From positions 15,748,001 to 15,812,000 of the forward strand of contig CM022676.1 in the NCBI GenBank assembly GCA_012295275.1: DNA of 64,000 bases, written 5' to 3'. The notes beneath the pieces were generated by a model. That model was not told the origin of the DNA, searched no databases, and worked only from the letters and a program-made list of their open reading frames with translations. This DNA is from Chrysomallon squamiferum (taxonomy: Eukaryota; Animalia; Mollusca). Of this stretch, positions 37,629 through 50,116 are shown piece by piece (the stretch's first letter is position 1; each line of letters begins with the position of its first letter). Position numbers and translations under genes: made by a program.

Positions 37629-40310
37629 TTTTCAGCTATAAATCCTGGTTTATCAGTGTATTCCTGGACGGCTGTCATCAATCAAACTTTCACATTTGTT
37701 TGTTCTGTTATCAGAAATATTTATAAAGAAGATATCACATTTAAACGAGGTGATGAGAACGTTTGTATATGTAGATATAAAACACAAACATGTGAAACAA
37801 ACAGAGAGTCGACAGGTAACTACAGATGTAAGTTTGTACAAACAAGAAAGAAAACTTTACACACAGGTACACGTTATCTAACCACTTACGGTTTGACTGT
37901 ATCTTCATTTTCTGTCAACGACTATAAGTCATGGACATGTAGCACTGAAAAAAGTAACAGTAACTCCATTACACCAACACGTGAGTATTTATTATTATTA
38001 TTATTATTATTATTTTAAATGGAGACTAAGTAGCCAATTTTAAGATATTTGTCCACATCATAGCTGTTGATAATAATGATGCAGTGAACAGTGTTCCACT
38101 TTAGGCATACTTAATAATCACATAATCACCTGACTTCGGGTCTTTGTCCTGAAATAGAACATATGCATCATAATGAGACTTCTGTCTGTCTTCTGTTCTT
38201 TCTTTACACGCATTCTTCTTATATCAGATACAGCACTTAATATATACTCAGAAGAAAAGTAATACTAGTAATCAATTATCTATTAATGAACACTGATTTC
38301 AGTGTTGTATTTTTATTGTTTTCAAATGCAGCGAGGGACAACGAGCCACCTTCCTATTGGATCCCATAGACATTTCACATTGTTCCCTCCATCACTTTCA
38401 TTATGTTAGCACAGTGCACCATAGAACATAATGGCTGATCCACTACAACTGCATTTAGCAGTCAAACAAATACTAAATTAAATAAAAAAATTAATAGTAG
38501 AATAGTAGTAGTTACAGTAAATGCAATAGATGTTGTCATCGTGGTGCTTACTATATGTATGTACACATGTATGTACGTATATGTATTTTTCAGAGTTACG
38601 AACACAGGCTAGTAAGATTAACGTAACAGAGGCATCAACAACAACAACAACGTCGACTCTGTTAGATACAACTGGCTCAAGAAGTAATGTATCTACCTAA
38701 TTTATTTATGTATCTTTCTCTGTGTATATTAAACATATACGACCACAAATACAAAAGACAAATGTACGTACCACTTCCATAACAGATTCGGTATCTTTAC
38801 TACTAAAAGTATACCTTTTCAATAGAGAACTGTCAACTAGAGTTTTCTGTGTTCAGAAATAACAACAAACAAATTGTGTATTAATTATTAGTTAACATGT
38901 TCAGGTCGGATCATCTGTGGTATCAGTAAATCTAGACAATCAGCACTAAATGGAAGCGATTAGTGCATTAATTATAAGTTAACCTTTTAATTAAAAATAA
39001 AAATAAGCATGATTGTTGGTATTAAGGTTTGGAAAATAACAAAAAATCTTTACTAATGTGATACTAAGAACACGATGATGCTACTTGTGATATTTTCATT
39101 TGGCACAATTTGTTTTTGACAAATTACTGTTAACACTGAAAGAAGGAATACGGACAATTGCTCACTAACAGCTGATGATTTTTCTTCTTCTTCAATAACA
39201 TTTTATTTTAGGTTGTGGTATGTGTGTGTAGATGGTTCAGTTGTTGTGCGAATCTCATAAATAAATATCAAAATAAACAAGTTAAAATTACTTCTAAATC
39301 AACTATGGAAACAAAAATATATAATATTGATAATTAAGTGATTTGTGTAATTAACATAACTTTAAAGATGTGCCTTTAGAAATTTTATTAATAAAAAATC
39401 TAAACTAATACACACAAAGAGGCATACATATACACAGACACGCACACATAGACACAGATGGATATAATAAATACAGACTTCACTGGTTACCAGCATTACA
39501 TTGTACAAATTAGCAGATGGTATTACACATAGACTTCGACACGGTACATCGATTACAAAGGAAAAGTCTGCTTTGGGGTTTTGCAGTTTAACACACATTC
39601 AAATCACAGACTTTGGAATCTATCAAGTTCTAGATTCAAATTGATCTACTCGGAAAAATCTTGTGAATAATTTCATAGTTTTCCTTTGCATTTGTCTATT
39701 AATTTGACCTTTCAATCACTTTTTGGTTGTTCTTGTTCATTATCTTGTTCTTTTTTGCCTTCTTGTTTTCAAATGTATAGTTTCGTTATATTTCTGATAT
39801 CATCATGTTTTTCAACGTCAGCTGACCTGACTCTCTTTTTGCCTACAAGGTCCACCGAGCATTCCTTCCAATGTGAATGTACAGAAATTCTGCTCTTCCT
39901 CCATCTCAGTGTCTTGGACAGAGGAATTTAACGGCGGCTTCATGCAAACATTCATTGTACAGTACAGAGAAAGCACGTCAACACACTGGAACAACGTCAC
40001 AGAGAAATTTCTAGAACGAGGTCTACATACAAACCATACAACAGTGATAGCGCCTCTGAAATCAGACACGAAGTATTTTGTGAGAATTTTGGCTTATAAC
40101 AAATACGGAGTTAAAGATTTTACAGAAGAGACGGATATTGTAACAGCAGGTACATATATTAATAACAAGGTAAAAGGTATGTTAGTACAGTTGTGCGTCA
40201 TATGATCTTATTTGCTTTCAGTCTTGTTAGACTTTTTTTTTCTTTACCAGAAACGTTTGTGAATCGCCACTTATTTTACGTTATCTTCTACATTTGAAAC
40301 AAATTTAAAT

Positions 40311-40376
<66 letters not shown>

Positions 40377-42299
40377 GTATATAATGGAGAGACTCCAATA
40401 TTAATAATACAGCTTTATTCTGTTTATTTTTTTATTTTTTTTATTTTTATTTGTATTTTTGTTGCCTAAACCGGTATACGATTTGTATTTGTATCTAACT
40501 GGAAACACCTTTTTATTTTCTTGGCAGCCGTTTACACACTGTAAACGAATTGTTTTTAACAACTTTAAGACTCAGATCATCAAAGTTGGGCTAACCCCCA
40601 CAGCAATTCCACTCAGTGACTGAATTATTCATTAGGGGAAAATACGGCTGTTATTTTCAATTTTTCCTTCTGTTTGGATGTTCTTGGTGTTGCTTTCTGT
40701 TTCTTTTTTCTTTCTTTTTTGTTTTTGCATGTTTGCTGTTGTTTTTTCTGTGTTTTTCTTTTTCTTTTTTTTTCTCTGGAAGATTCAAGCATGTTGCATC
40801 AATGTCTTCCTCCAGAGAACTCAGTTTTATTTTTCTTGGAATAATTAAATGTCTGAGGCTCAGTTGATCCTTTTCCTCAGCTCTCCATGTAGCACATTCA
40901 CGTTATTACATTTACTTTGTTTCATTTTTGCATGCTTTGGTTTCATCGTTTAACTGGCCAGAGAGGACAAAAGTCACCTTCCGAATGTAGAGTTGAACAA
41001 GTCACTGACCTGATATCAGTGTATTCATTGGAATGAGTTCTTTGTTCTATCGAATGTTAAATCTCTTCACTGATGTTACATCTTAAGGAGACAAATTATA
41101 AAGGACTTCGTTATTATCAAGTCCAGCCAAATCTCGAGATTTTACCATTCTCTTGGTAGAATTAAGGGAAGAATTCGCTGTGAATGTGATGTTCTCGTTA
41201 CACAGAACATTTGCTTTTAGAAAGCATTTGACATGTTTTTAAATCAAGCATTCGACTCACAAAATACGTTCCTCATTTTCTTTTACCGTCTTCGGACATC
41301 CTGCCTGTCCAGCAATTCGCTTCTGAATTGTAAAACTGATAAGGAAGAATAGTGGAAGGTGCAGTCATGTAGGTTTTTGTTTTAATTATTATTAAATTTT
41401 GTTCACGGATTCGTACTGTTAGACGATAGTGAATCAGAAAGTTCGATGTCGACTTTTTAAGGGTCCAATCAAAAACTGTATTTTGGTTTCTTTTGGACCT
41501 CTATTTGGTTCTATATAATTCACCAGCCACCAACTCGAACAAGGGACTGTTGCGCGTAACCTCCTGTGAGACATGACAAGGAAACATGTTTGATATACTT
41601 GTAGAAAATACATTGAATGAACCTTTTAACCCTAGCCACCGCACCGAGAACAGCATACATAGGAACTCTGTACAAAAGTGATGTATTGTTAATTACTTGG
41701 TTGCAGACATTAACCATGAAGAAATAAGGTGACTCACACAAATGTTCACCCTTGCACCACTTTTCTGGTTCCTTTATTTTTGTTCCTTCCATTTTTCTGT
41801 CATATTTTGTAAGCTTTATTTCTGTGTATTTACTGTGGCATAATATGTACCCATTTAGTCTGTATTTTCTTTCAGTGTACACGTCTCAAATTCTAATACT
41901 TTTTTGTAGTATATCTGTATTCAGTTTAACAAGTGTTGTTTCAGATGAGGTATGCAACGAAAATATGATAGCAGTGGTTGTTGGATCTGGATCAGGGACA
42001 CTCGTCTTAACTCTTCTTGTTATTGGAATTATTTTCATATGTCGCAGACTGAAAAAAGGTTCATACTTTTGTTTCTTTGTTGTGTTATTTGTACTGTGCG
42101 AACGTGCATTTGAGTGCATCTTCTTCTGTGTGTATATGTGGCTGTGCTTATGTACATGTATGTGTGTGTGTGTGTGTGAGAGAGAGAAAGAGAGAGAGTG
42201 ATGAGTATCAGTAATACAATTTGAAAGAAAAAATAAATACATTTTGTAAGAAGAGAAAGTATAATAATTATATGTAATTTCAGAATTATCATCTTCATC

Positions 42300-42368
<69 letters not shown>

Positions 42369-43526
42369 TTTAATATTATAAAATAAAAGATATTTTTTCA
42401 ATTATTTTATTAAATATAACAAATATTGTGATAATTTTACCAGATGACTTCATCTGTATTATGCTTTTGTGGAAACCATTTTTACTTTTAGGAACTTTAC
42501 TAGCAATAAATTAGAATTCTAATTTTTTGTTTTTATTATTATTATTTTTTTATTATTTGTTTTTAGTTTACACCTGCAATTTTCATTTAAATCTTGTTTT
42601 TCAGGAAATGGAAAAGACAAACATGAGTATGAAAAAAGGTAATGTTAACTGACAGTACAGGTGAATACAGTTTAAATTGTTTGGTAGCTGAGTTGATGCA
42701 TATATGTCCTCCTTCACAGCAGTGATTACACATTTCAGTCGTTTCACGAGTATATTTTTTATGCACATGAAAGGTTAAGAGTCTCCTGATAAAACATCCT
42801 ATCCCGTATCAATGTAGATGACATTCTAACGTCCACAATTGAGAGGTTCAATGATCGGTGAATCTCTAAATGTAAGCAGTTCCCGATTGATGTCCGAAAT
42901 ATTTCTGTGTTAACCTCTGGTTTGTTGACGATTAAGGGTGAGATGACATTTCTCTGGTCAAGGGAACACTAGGCCGTCGTGGTCAGTTGTGGTAACGAAA
43001 TTTTGCACTGTTTTCAATGTATCTTAAATGTACTGATTCATTAATACATCTTTATCCGAAGTGAGAAAGAGATTGACAGATCCAAAATGTGTTACACTAG
43101 ATTCCGTGATAACGATATTCTCTATTGGTGATCTACTAATAGGGAATCTTTAGGATATGATGTTTGCTACTTTCAAACTCGAAGTTTGAGCACCGAGTTT
43201 CCTTTAAGAGAGAGACCGAAGAGATGCATCACTAGCTAGATCCTGGTTTTCTATTTAGATAACTCGTCTGACTTGCAGTTGAATCCAGTATCTATAAACG
43301 TCACTGTCAAATTTCTCTATTAAGTTTTCCTATCTTTCTACCAAAGACTAAGTGTATTCTTTGTGTGTCTGTGTACGATGTCTGTCTTTATGATATCCAT
43401 ATATGCTCTCTATTTTGTGTATTTTATGTTATCATCCAACAATCCACAATTAGATTGTTCGGTAATTTCTTTTTAATTAACTTCAAAGTTCATTTCCTAT
43501 AATATTTTTACTAATATATATATCTA

Positions 43527-43559
<33 letters not shown>

Positions 43560-44399
43560 CATTTGTTAATTGTAAGAAGGCTTTATGTAAATTTTGTTAT
43601 TAAAATTGAAAAATGAATTCACGTAGACATTTTGTCTGTTTTAAATCACAGATCTGATCCAGAACCGCAGTCTCCAACATACGAAAATCTTCCTTCTGAA
43701 CCGGGTAGGTGCAACATTTTCTTAATAGCTATTTGAATACGCCTTACTTTACTAAACAGTTTTCAGTTCTGAAAGTTCAGTATATATTAAGACTTCTGGA
43801 AAGGCAATCAGGAAAAAATGAAGGAATGTACACAAGGAAGTAAAAAATGAACAAGTAAAGAAGGGGCCTGAAATAGAAGACTGAACAAATATTATAAAAT
43901 AGTAATGACATAAAATGTTGTCGTTTATATATTGGGCTAAAAACGTCTAAGGTTATTTTGTATTACATGATTAATTAATATAACTAATTTGTATTATCTC
44001 TTCAGTTATGCTAGTATAAAATTTAGCATCTTTCTATGATAAATACAGATTGTTGTAAATTAATATTTTGCAGTGTGATATGTTTTATCAGCGCCTTAGA
44101 TTAGTATTTGTCTTTCAAGTTGTAAATAGCAACCTAGTGATGCTACTCTGTCACTTTTCATATTTTCTCTTTTTAATTCTCTGTACATTTTATTATTTAT
44201 GGTTTATCAATGCAGTTTTGTTTGTCTGTTTCTTCTACGTTTAACTACTAATGTATGGATGATTATTTCTGAAAGGTAACATACATGTTTATACATGTTT
44301 TATTATTTCTGTGTAGGTAACAACGTAGAACGAAGTGGGTCATCTGAACAGCATCCGTATGAAGTATTTGGAGTCGATGATAATGGACAAACAGATTAA
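35879..44399 (+). CDS. Type I transmembrane receptor-like protein, 479 aa: signal peptide, 2 Cys-rich Ig-like domains, Thr-rich stalk, FN3, TM, cytoplasmic Tyr motifs
   Basis: Exons 35879-35945, 36886-37239, 37636-37980, 38594-38683, 39850-40149, 41945-42058, 42605-42638, 43652-43704, 44317-44399. All introns GT-AG with phases 1,1,1,1,1,1,2,1; total 1440 nt, open to TAA. Confidence 0.85.
36886..37239 (+). CDS. Receptor exon: Cys-rich Ig-like domain 1
   Basis: 354 nt, phase 1-1; ...KGELMFMMC...VCDC...TCNC...YICRC...DRETGVWFC. Confidence 0.82.
37636..37980 (+). CDS. Receptor exon: Cys-rich Ig-like domain 2
   Basis: 345 nt, phase 1-1; INQTFTFVC...ITFKR...VCIC...C...YRC...YGLTVSSFSVNDYKSWTC. 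Confidence 0.85.
38594..38683 (+). CDS. Receptor exon: Thr-rich stalk
   Basis: 90 nt, phase 1-1; QLRTQASKINVTEASTTTTTSTLLDTTGSR. Confidence 0.65.
39470..39690 (+). pseudogene. Decayed Ig exon inside the intron before the FN3 exon
   Basis: VTSITLYKLADGITHRLRHGTS...SALGFCSLTHIQITDFGIYQVLDSN*; homologous in motif to the relic at 5790-6090 (DFGxYxV..NG), lacks its 5' part and has an in-frame stop. Confidence 0.7.
39850..40149 (+). CDS. Receptor exon: fibronectin type III domain
   Basis: PPSIPSNVNV...SISVSWTEEFNGGFMQTFIVQYR...LKSDTKYFVRILAYNKYG; 300 nt, phase 1-1. Confidence 0.93.
40560..41750 (-). mobile_element. Degenerate I/Nimb-clade non-LTR retrotransposon (ORF1 and start of ORF2)
   Basis: Fragmented minus-strand translations IQKRIAGQAGCPKTVK, SSLNS.K..VKSRDLAG, DVTSVKRF.IR.NKELIPMNTLI resemble I-clade ORF1; EWNCCG..PNFDDLSL near 40620-40570 resembles the endonuclease start QWNCRG. 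Confidence 0.65.
41945..42058 (+). CDS. Receptor exon: transmembrane helix
   Basis: MIAVVVGSGSGTLVLTLLVIGIIFIC followed by the basic stop-transfer RRLKK. Confidence 0.88.
42605..42638 (+). CDS. Receptor exon: cytoplasmic 1
   Basis: ttcag|GNGKDKHEYEK-R|gtaatg. Confidence 0.75.
42690..43500 (-). mobile_element. Probable decayed retroelement fragment (possibly LINE ORF1 esterase-like)
   Basis: Complex, coding-like composition inside an intron; only weak motif traces (NIVITESSVTHF; NISDINREL). Confidence 0.25.
43652..43704 (+). CDS. Receptor exon: cytoplasmic 2
   Basis: cacag|SDPEPQSPTYENLPSEP|gtaggt. Confidence 0.8.
44317..44399 (+). CDS. Receptor exon: cytoplasmic 3 and stop
   Basis: tgtag|GNNVERSGSSEQHPYEVFGVDDNGQTD*; a paralogous copy exists at 23968-24050. 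Confidence 0.8.
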
Positions 44400-44894
44400 A
44401 ATATGTCTTTATAACTGTGTTTACTCAAAACTTCGAAACAATTTATTTTATTACTTTTACTGTACATATATATATATACACTTACACATACGTACATACG
44501 TACGTACATACACAAATAATACATACATACATGCATACATATATATGTATATATATATATCTGTGTAGATACGTTCATTCATTCCTACATATACACATAT
44601 ACGTACAGACATACATAGGTTAAACATCTATTTGCAGGAAATGAAATTATATAACAATTATTCACTATTATTGATCTTTTATTAATCAAAAAAGCTAATT
44701 AAATATATATATGTTTTGCTTTTCATACAAAAACGTAGTTAGACAAATGTTTTCAAATGTGGTTTATTACTTGTATTGTGTTCAGTTCAAGACAATGTAA
44801 TATACAGTGCATATTTATATAGTATTTTATATTCTGTAATTAGTGTTTTTCTTTCAATTAACTGATACTGTACAGCATATAATTTCGATAAATC

Positions 44895-45162
44895 TGTTTA
44901 GTAAAATTCTAGTTAATCTATGTCCATTAAAACTGAGAATGAACTACATCTAGTGAAACTGTTATTAATCTGTCTAGTAAATTGCAAAGGGTTGTGGCTA
45001 TTTCATTGCGATTAAATTTTGTCCAGTAAAATTCTAATTAGTCTTTGTTTAGTAAAATTGTGAATAATATATGTCTAGTAAAACTATTATTAAACTATGC
45101 CTAGTAAGATTCTCATTAAAGTATGTCTAGTAAAATACTGATTAATTTGTTTCTGGTAGAAA
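44895..45162. repeat. Degenerate tandem repeat, unit about 28-29 bp
   Basis: Recurring tgtctagtaaaatt...attaa unit next to the start of duplication copy B. Confidence 0.75.
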
Positions 45163-46659
45163 CAGCGTATGACATTTATGTTTTGTACAAACAAATATGT
45201 CAGATCTTTGACATGTTATCTAACTGATGACAATAATTTGTAATATCCATGTGATACTAGAGCCCAGAGCAAGAATATTTAAAATGTCACTTAATTATTA
45301 TCCACATAACACAAAAGAGACGAAAATACGTTTAGAGTCTTATTATTTGTTGTCATTACAAAATACAATCAAAATAATACTCAGAACATTATAACATATT
45401 TCTTTTCGTTACTTATAACAACACTTGTGTAATCGAATTTGTCACATTAAGTTGCCTTTAGCAGCAATATGTCCTAAGCATTTCCACAACAGTCAAATTC
45501 ACAAGGTTTACTCCACTATTTATATCTATCGCAAGGCTATCGTATTCAAGTCGGTGGTATTTAAATATTACGTTACTGAGCGGACGCCAAAGAAATCAAC
45601 TAAACACTGACTTACATCCGAACTAGTTGATGTATTAAATCACTGGTCAACACCAGTCTATATAATGGAATGCCATTAATTTAGTATAATCAGTTATACA
45701 TTACACAGACACCTGTATGTCATATTTGTCTACATAATAATCTATGGCATCATTTAAAAAAAGAAATTAAATGTACTTTATGTACAATACTATATCGATT
45801 TTAAGGTAGCAAAGAGTGAAATTAGGAAGAAATGACCTCACTTTATTTGTGATAATAAGAAAACAAAATAAATAAACAAGACACTAACTGAACATTTTCA
45901 TCACTGTATGATGAACTATGTAGGTGAGATCAACACCTTCAGTTAAGATATAACTATAACATATCACTCGATAAATATCTTTAACACATAAACACATAAA
46001 ATATAACTATAGAACAAGAATGTACGACAAAAAAATCAAGTTATAGCAGTAGAACATATAATGATTTGCAATGTTATATATTTAAATTTTAGTTAAAGTC
46101 GGAGTTAATTAACAAGAGTTTTATCTTTCTTTCAGCTTTTATTTATGTATTGATTTATTAATTGCTATTTTCATCAGAATCGTCATCTTTCTAGTTATTC
46201 ATTTATTTGTTTGTTTGTTTGTTTGTTTGTTTATTTATTTATTTATTTATTTATTTACTTATTTATTCATATATTTATTTGTTATCATTATTATTATTAT
46301 TATTATTATTTATTTTTATTTATTTTTTTTTTATTTAAATAACTCTCTCGCTTTCGTCTGAAAATACGTTTCAGTTTCAGACGACAAGTTACATAAACAG
46401 TATTTCGACATAAACGTGTAAACGTATTTTTCATATTAAACAAATTATTGTTTAAAAATAGATCTGGATTTATCTGGTAGACCGTTTCTCGGATCATCGC
46501 TTTTAAATATATAATGACATTCATCTACATATTTGTCAAAATTACAAATATCTTCTCTTTTGTCTTATAATATTAAACCAGTTTTAACAGCAAGTTTAAC
46601 ATCAGTGTTCTAATTTTACATTAGACATGAACATTCGCTTGAACACTGCTCTTTATTTA

Positions 46660-48110
46660 CAGCTGTATTTCTTGCATTAGTATCTTAATTGATATTCACT
46701 ATAACAGTAAAACATGTCCTATTTATATCAGACCTAATTAACTTATTCCGTGATCCAGTCCTGCTGACTCTATCAAAACATATCAAAAGCCTTCACAAAA
46801 TCTATAAAAGGAAAATACACACACACACACATATATTATTTTTTTATTTTATTTTTATTTTTTTATTTATTTTTCATTTATTATTATTATTATTATTTTT
46901 ATTATTATTGTTGTTGTTGTTGTTGCTGCTGCTGCTGCAGCTGTTGTTGTTATTATTATTATTTTTTTTTTATTATTTTTTTTTTTGGCATTTGTTCATT
47001 TAAATAATGATATACTATAAAGAAAATAAATGTCTGTTATGGAATACATTTACGAAATACAGCTTGCTTGTGTGAAAGCAGGTTTGTTTTATCTGTGTAC
47101 ATATTTAATTCAAAATTTAGTACAGATTCAAATAATTTACCACTATTCAACTAGATGTTACAGTTGATGTTTGAAGAGTAACGTTAAACAATAGAACATG
47201 TAAAGGTAAAATAATATTAAGAGTATATATTAATATGTTCATCAGTAATAAAGTCTTCTCCGGCTGGTTGATCACTGCTCTAGATATTTCTTCAGCTGAA
47301 AAAGTGTTGTTCAAAATATCATTAGTGCTTTCATGACTTTCAGTGTGGAATTTACATCAACGCTACAATTAAAGGTTGTGAACAAACAAATCAGTTCACA
47401 CATTTACTTCTGACAGTAAGTGTTTATTGCTGTTAAGAACTGACCAGTACTCTATTGGATTTGACGTTTTTAGCATTTTCATTTTACGTTTAACAGATAT
47501 TTTACGTTCCCTAATTGATCTATTTAGTGTTTGTTTGAATTGATTCTCTTTGTACTTCAAGTCAGTTTTCAGTATACATCCACCATATTGTTTATATCTT
47601 TGTCTCTCTTCCTGACATCTTTTTAGCAGTTTTGCAAGCTCTGTTAAAACAGACCTGATTATAGCGATGCTAATTGTAATATAGGTTGGTTTCCATTTGT
47701 GGCAGTTTATTTCTCACCCTTGCTAATCGGTGTTCTGTCACCTTAATTGATGGCCCATCACCTTAAATGATGTACTTTTTTTAAACAGTATTTTAGTAAA
47801 GGCTTCTGTATTTTTGTTTAAGTTATAACAAAATTCTTGCTTTTATCATTACATCATTTCCCTGGAACTTCCTTTGAGCTTTCTCAGGTATCAGTTACTT
47901 TGTTTTCAGGATGTATTCGTGTTCGCATTTAGGACTATGGGCATTGAATAAGAATCAAGAAAATGGCAAAATGTTCAACTAAAGACAAGTATATTCCCAA
48001 CACATCTATCTTCATCTAGTGTTCCAGACATGAAAAACATATTATTATATCTACAGAAATCAAGGAGAATACGAACATAGTTATTTTGTTCTGTTTATCC
48101 TTCGATACCC
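46660..48110 (-). mobile_element. Degenerate LINE ORF2 fragment (endonuclease end to RT), present only in duplication copy B
   Basis: Minus strand IDFVKAFD..DRVSRTG..NKLI...FTVIVNI (RT motif) at about 46810-46690, and NNY..ILLDFCRYNNMF..G.L..D..VG at about 48090-47990. Confidence 0.7.
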
Positions 48111-50058
48111 GTTGTTTTAACATATTTAAATATGTTGATAACATGGTGCAGATGAACGCATTTTCATAAACTGTAGGATTACAGTTAATATTATTTGTTA
48201 TTTACTTTAAAAAAAAAAAAAAAAAAAAAATGTTGAAAAGAAATATTATGTACAATCCTTCAAAGAATAATTCTTGAACATGAGGAATAAACTGTAATCT
48301 TTACTAAAATTCGTTTTTTCTGTCTCCATCTCTTTCTCTGTCGCTAGATAGTGTTTTATCGTTCAAGGTATATACAACACACAAAAACTCTATACAAAAA
48401 TGGTACGAGTGTTAATTAGAATAAAAATAAAATATGAACTGATATTAGATAATATTAAAGGTTACATATTCTTATATATTACTTTAATTTTATTTACAAA
48501 TTTGTCTTCTATTCATGCAAGATCACGCGCTTTACAACTTACAATTTACTTAAAGACAATTTTAAAATTCTCTTCCACCCTCCCCCTACCTCCGAATACT
48601 TCAGTATATTGGTCTTAGTGTTTGACTATTAAATATATTGTAAAGTTTCTGTTTGTTTGTTATGTAACCCAGATACAAATCTTGTGTCACTGATACAGGA
48701 GACACACTAAGGTATTCTGGGTGTTATTTACGAGGATCAATCCTTAAACAGGATCTACTGTTACTGTAAGTTAGATCACGACAAACTAGTCTTAACTGTA
48801 ACATGAGCTTTACCACTGATAGAATATCAGAGACCACTGCACCTGTAAAACATCACCGTGACAGAAAGCGAGACTGTGTTTAAAAAACAACAACAACTGA
48901 CAACTATATAATTGAGATGAATAATTTCTAGATATATTTCACATTCATTCTTAGTTATCATTATCATTTAGCAAAAACCAAAAATCCGCTCATAATCATA
49001 TTACCCATTTAGTATGAGGAAAATATATTTTCATTATATCTTTGACGCAAGAAAGCATATGATTATACTAAAAATAAAATGTATTGAGTATATAATTGTT
49101 AAGACATGTTGATAACATTGATTCACACTGCGCTGTTGTATTGATAAATGGTTGCGTATTGTTGTCACCAGTTGTGTTATTCTAATTAATATCTCTAATA
49201 ATAGAATACTTTGATAGTCGATGAATCAACTATTTTTAAGTGTTTTGTACTAGAGGCACTAAAGATATTTATTTATCAAATTCTGAATTCGCTGAAGAAT
49301 TTATCCAAATTGGTTGAATCAGTACAGATGTTCATAACAGAATATTCTGTAATTGAACATACGAATATGTAAATCATTGTTCAGAGAATCGCGCGCGCAC
49401 GCACACACACACGAACAGGAAAAAAAACATACACTCACATTTAGAAACTTTCACATAAGTATCTAGGGATATTTTTGCTTGCCTTTCTGAAGTTTACATA
49501 ATGATAAACAAGTTTGAATACATAAATATAGATAGATAAATAGAGAGATAGATAAATAGACAGACAGAAAGACAGAGAGACAGTCAGACAGACAGACAGG
49601 TAGACATAGATAGATATATATTCAGACAGTCAGACAGACAGACAGACAGGTTGACATAGATAGATATTCAGACAGTCAGACAGACAGACAGACAAGTAGA
49701 CATAGATAGATATTCAGGCAGACAGACAGACAGACAGGTAGACATAGATAAATATTCAGGCAGACAGACAGACAGACAGGTAGACAGAGATAGATAGATA
49801 TTCAGGCAGACAGACAGACAGATAGATATACTACAACAAAAAAGGTTTTCTTCACTGTTCTTGATAATAATACTTTTTTTTCTTGATTTCATCAGTGTGA
49901 TACGTTCCACTTCAGCTACTAGTAACAAACAGGTGTACGATTACCAAATAAACTGCGTCAGTCAACGTGCAATGTATATAAAGCTAGCAATAAGCATCTG
50001 AATTAAAGTAGTGGTGTTTGATGTAGACAGACTGATGTAGACAGTTCTTAATTAAGAA

Positions 50059-50116
50059 TTGTATTTCTTTTCGTGTTTCTGGATTTATTCATTTGTTATA
50101 CCTACAGTTATTTCAG
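50059..50116 (+). pseudogene. Duplicate SRCR leader exon with start codon ATG->TTG
   Basis: TTG TAT TTC TTT TCG TGT TTC TGG...ATT TCA G|GTATGT; aligns with 27301-27358. Confidence 0.7.
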
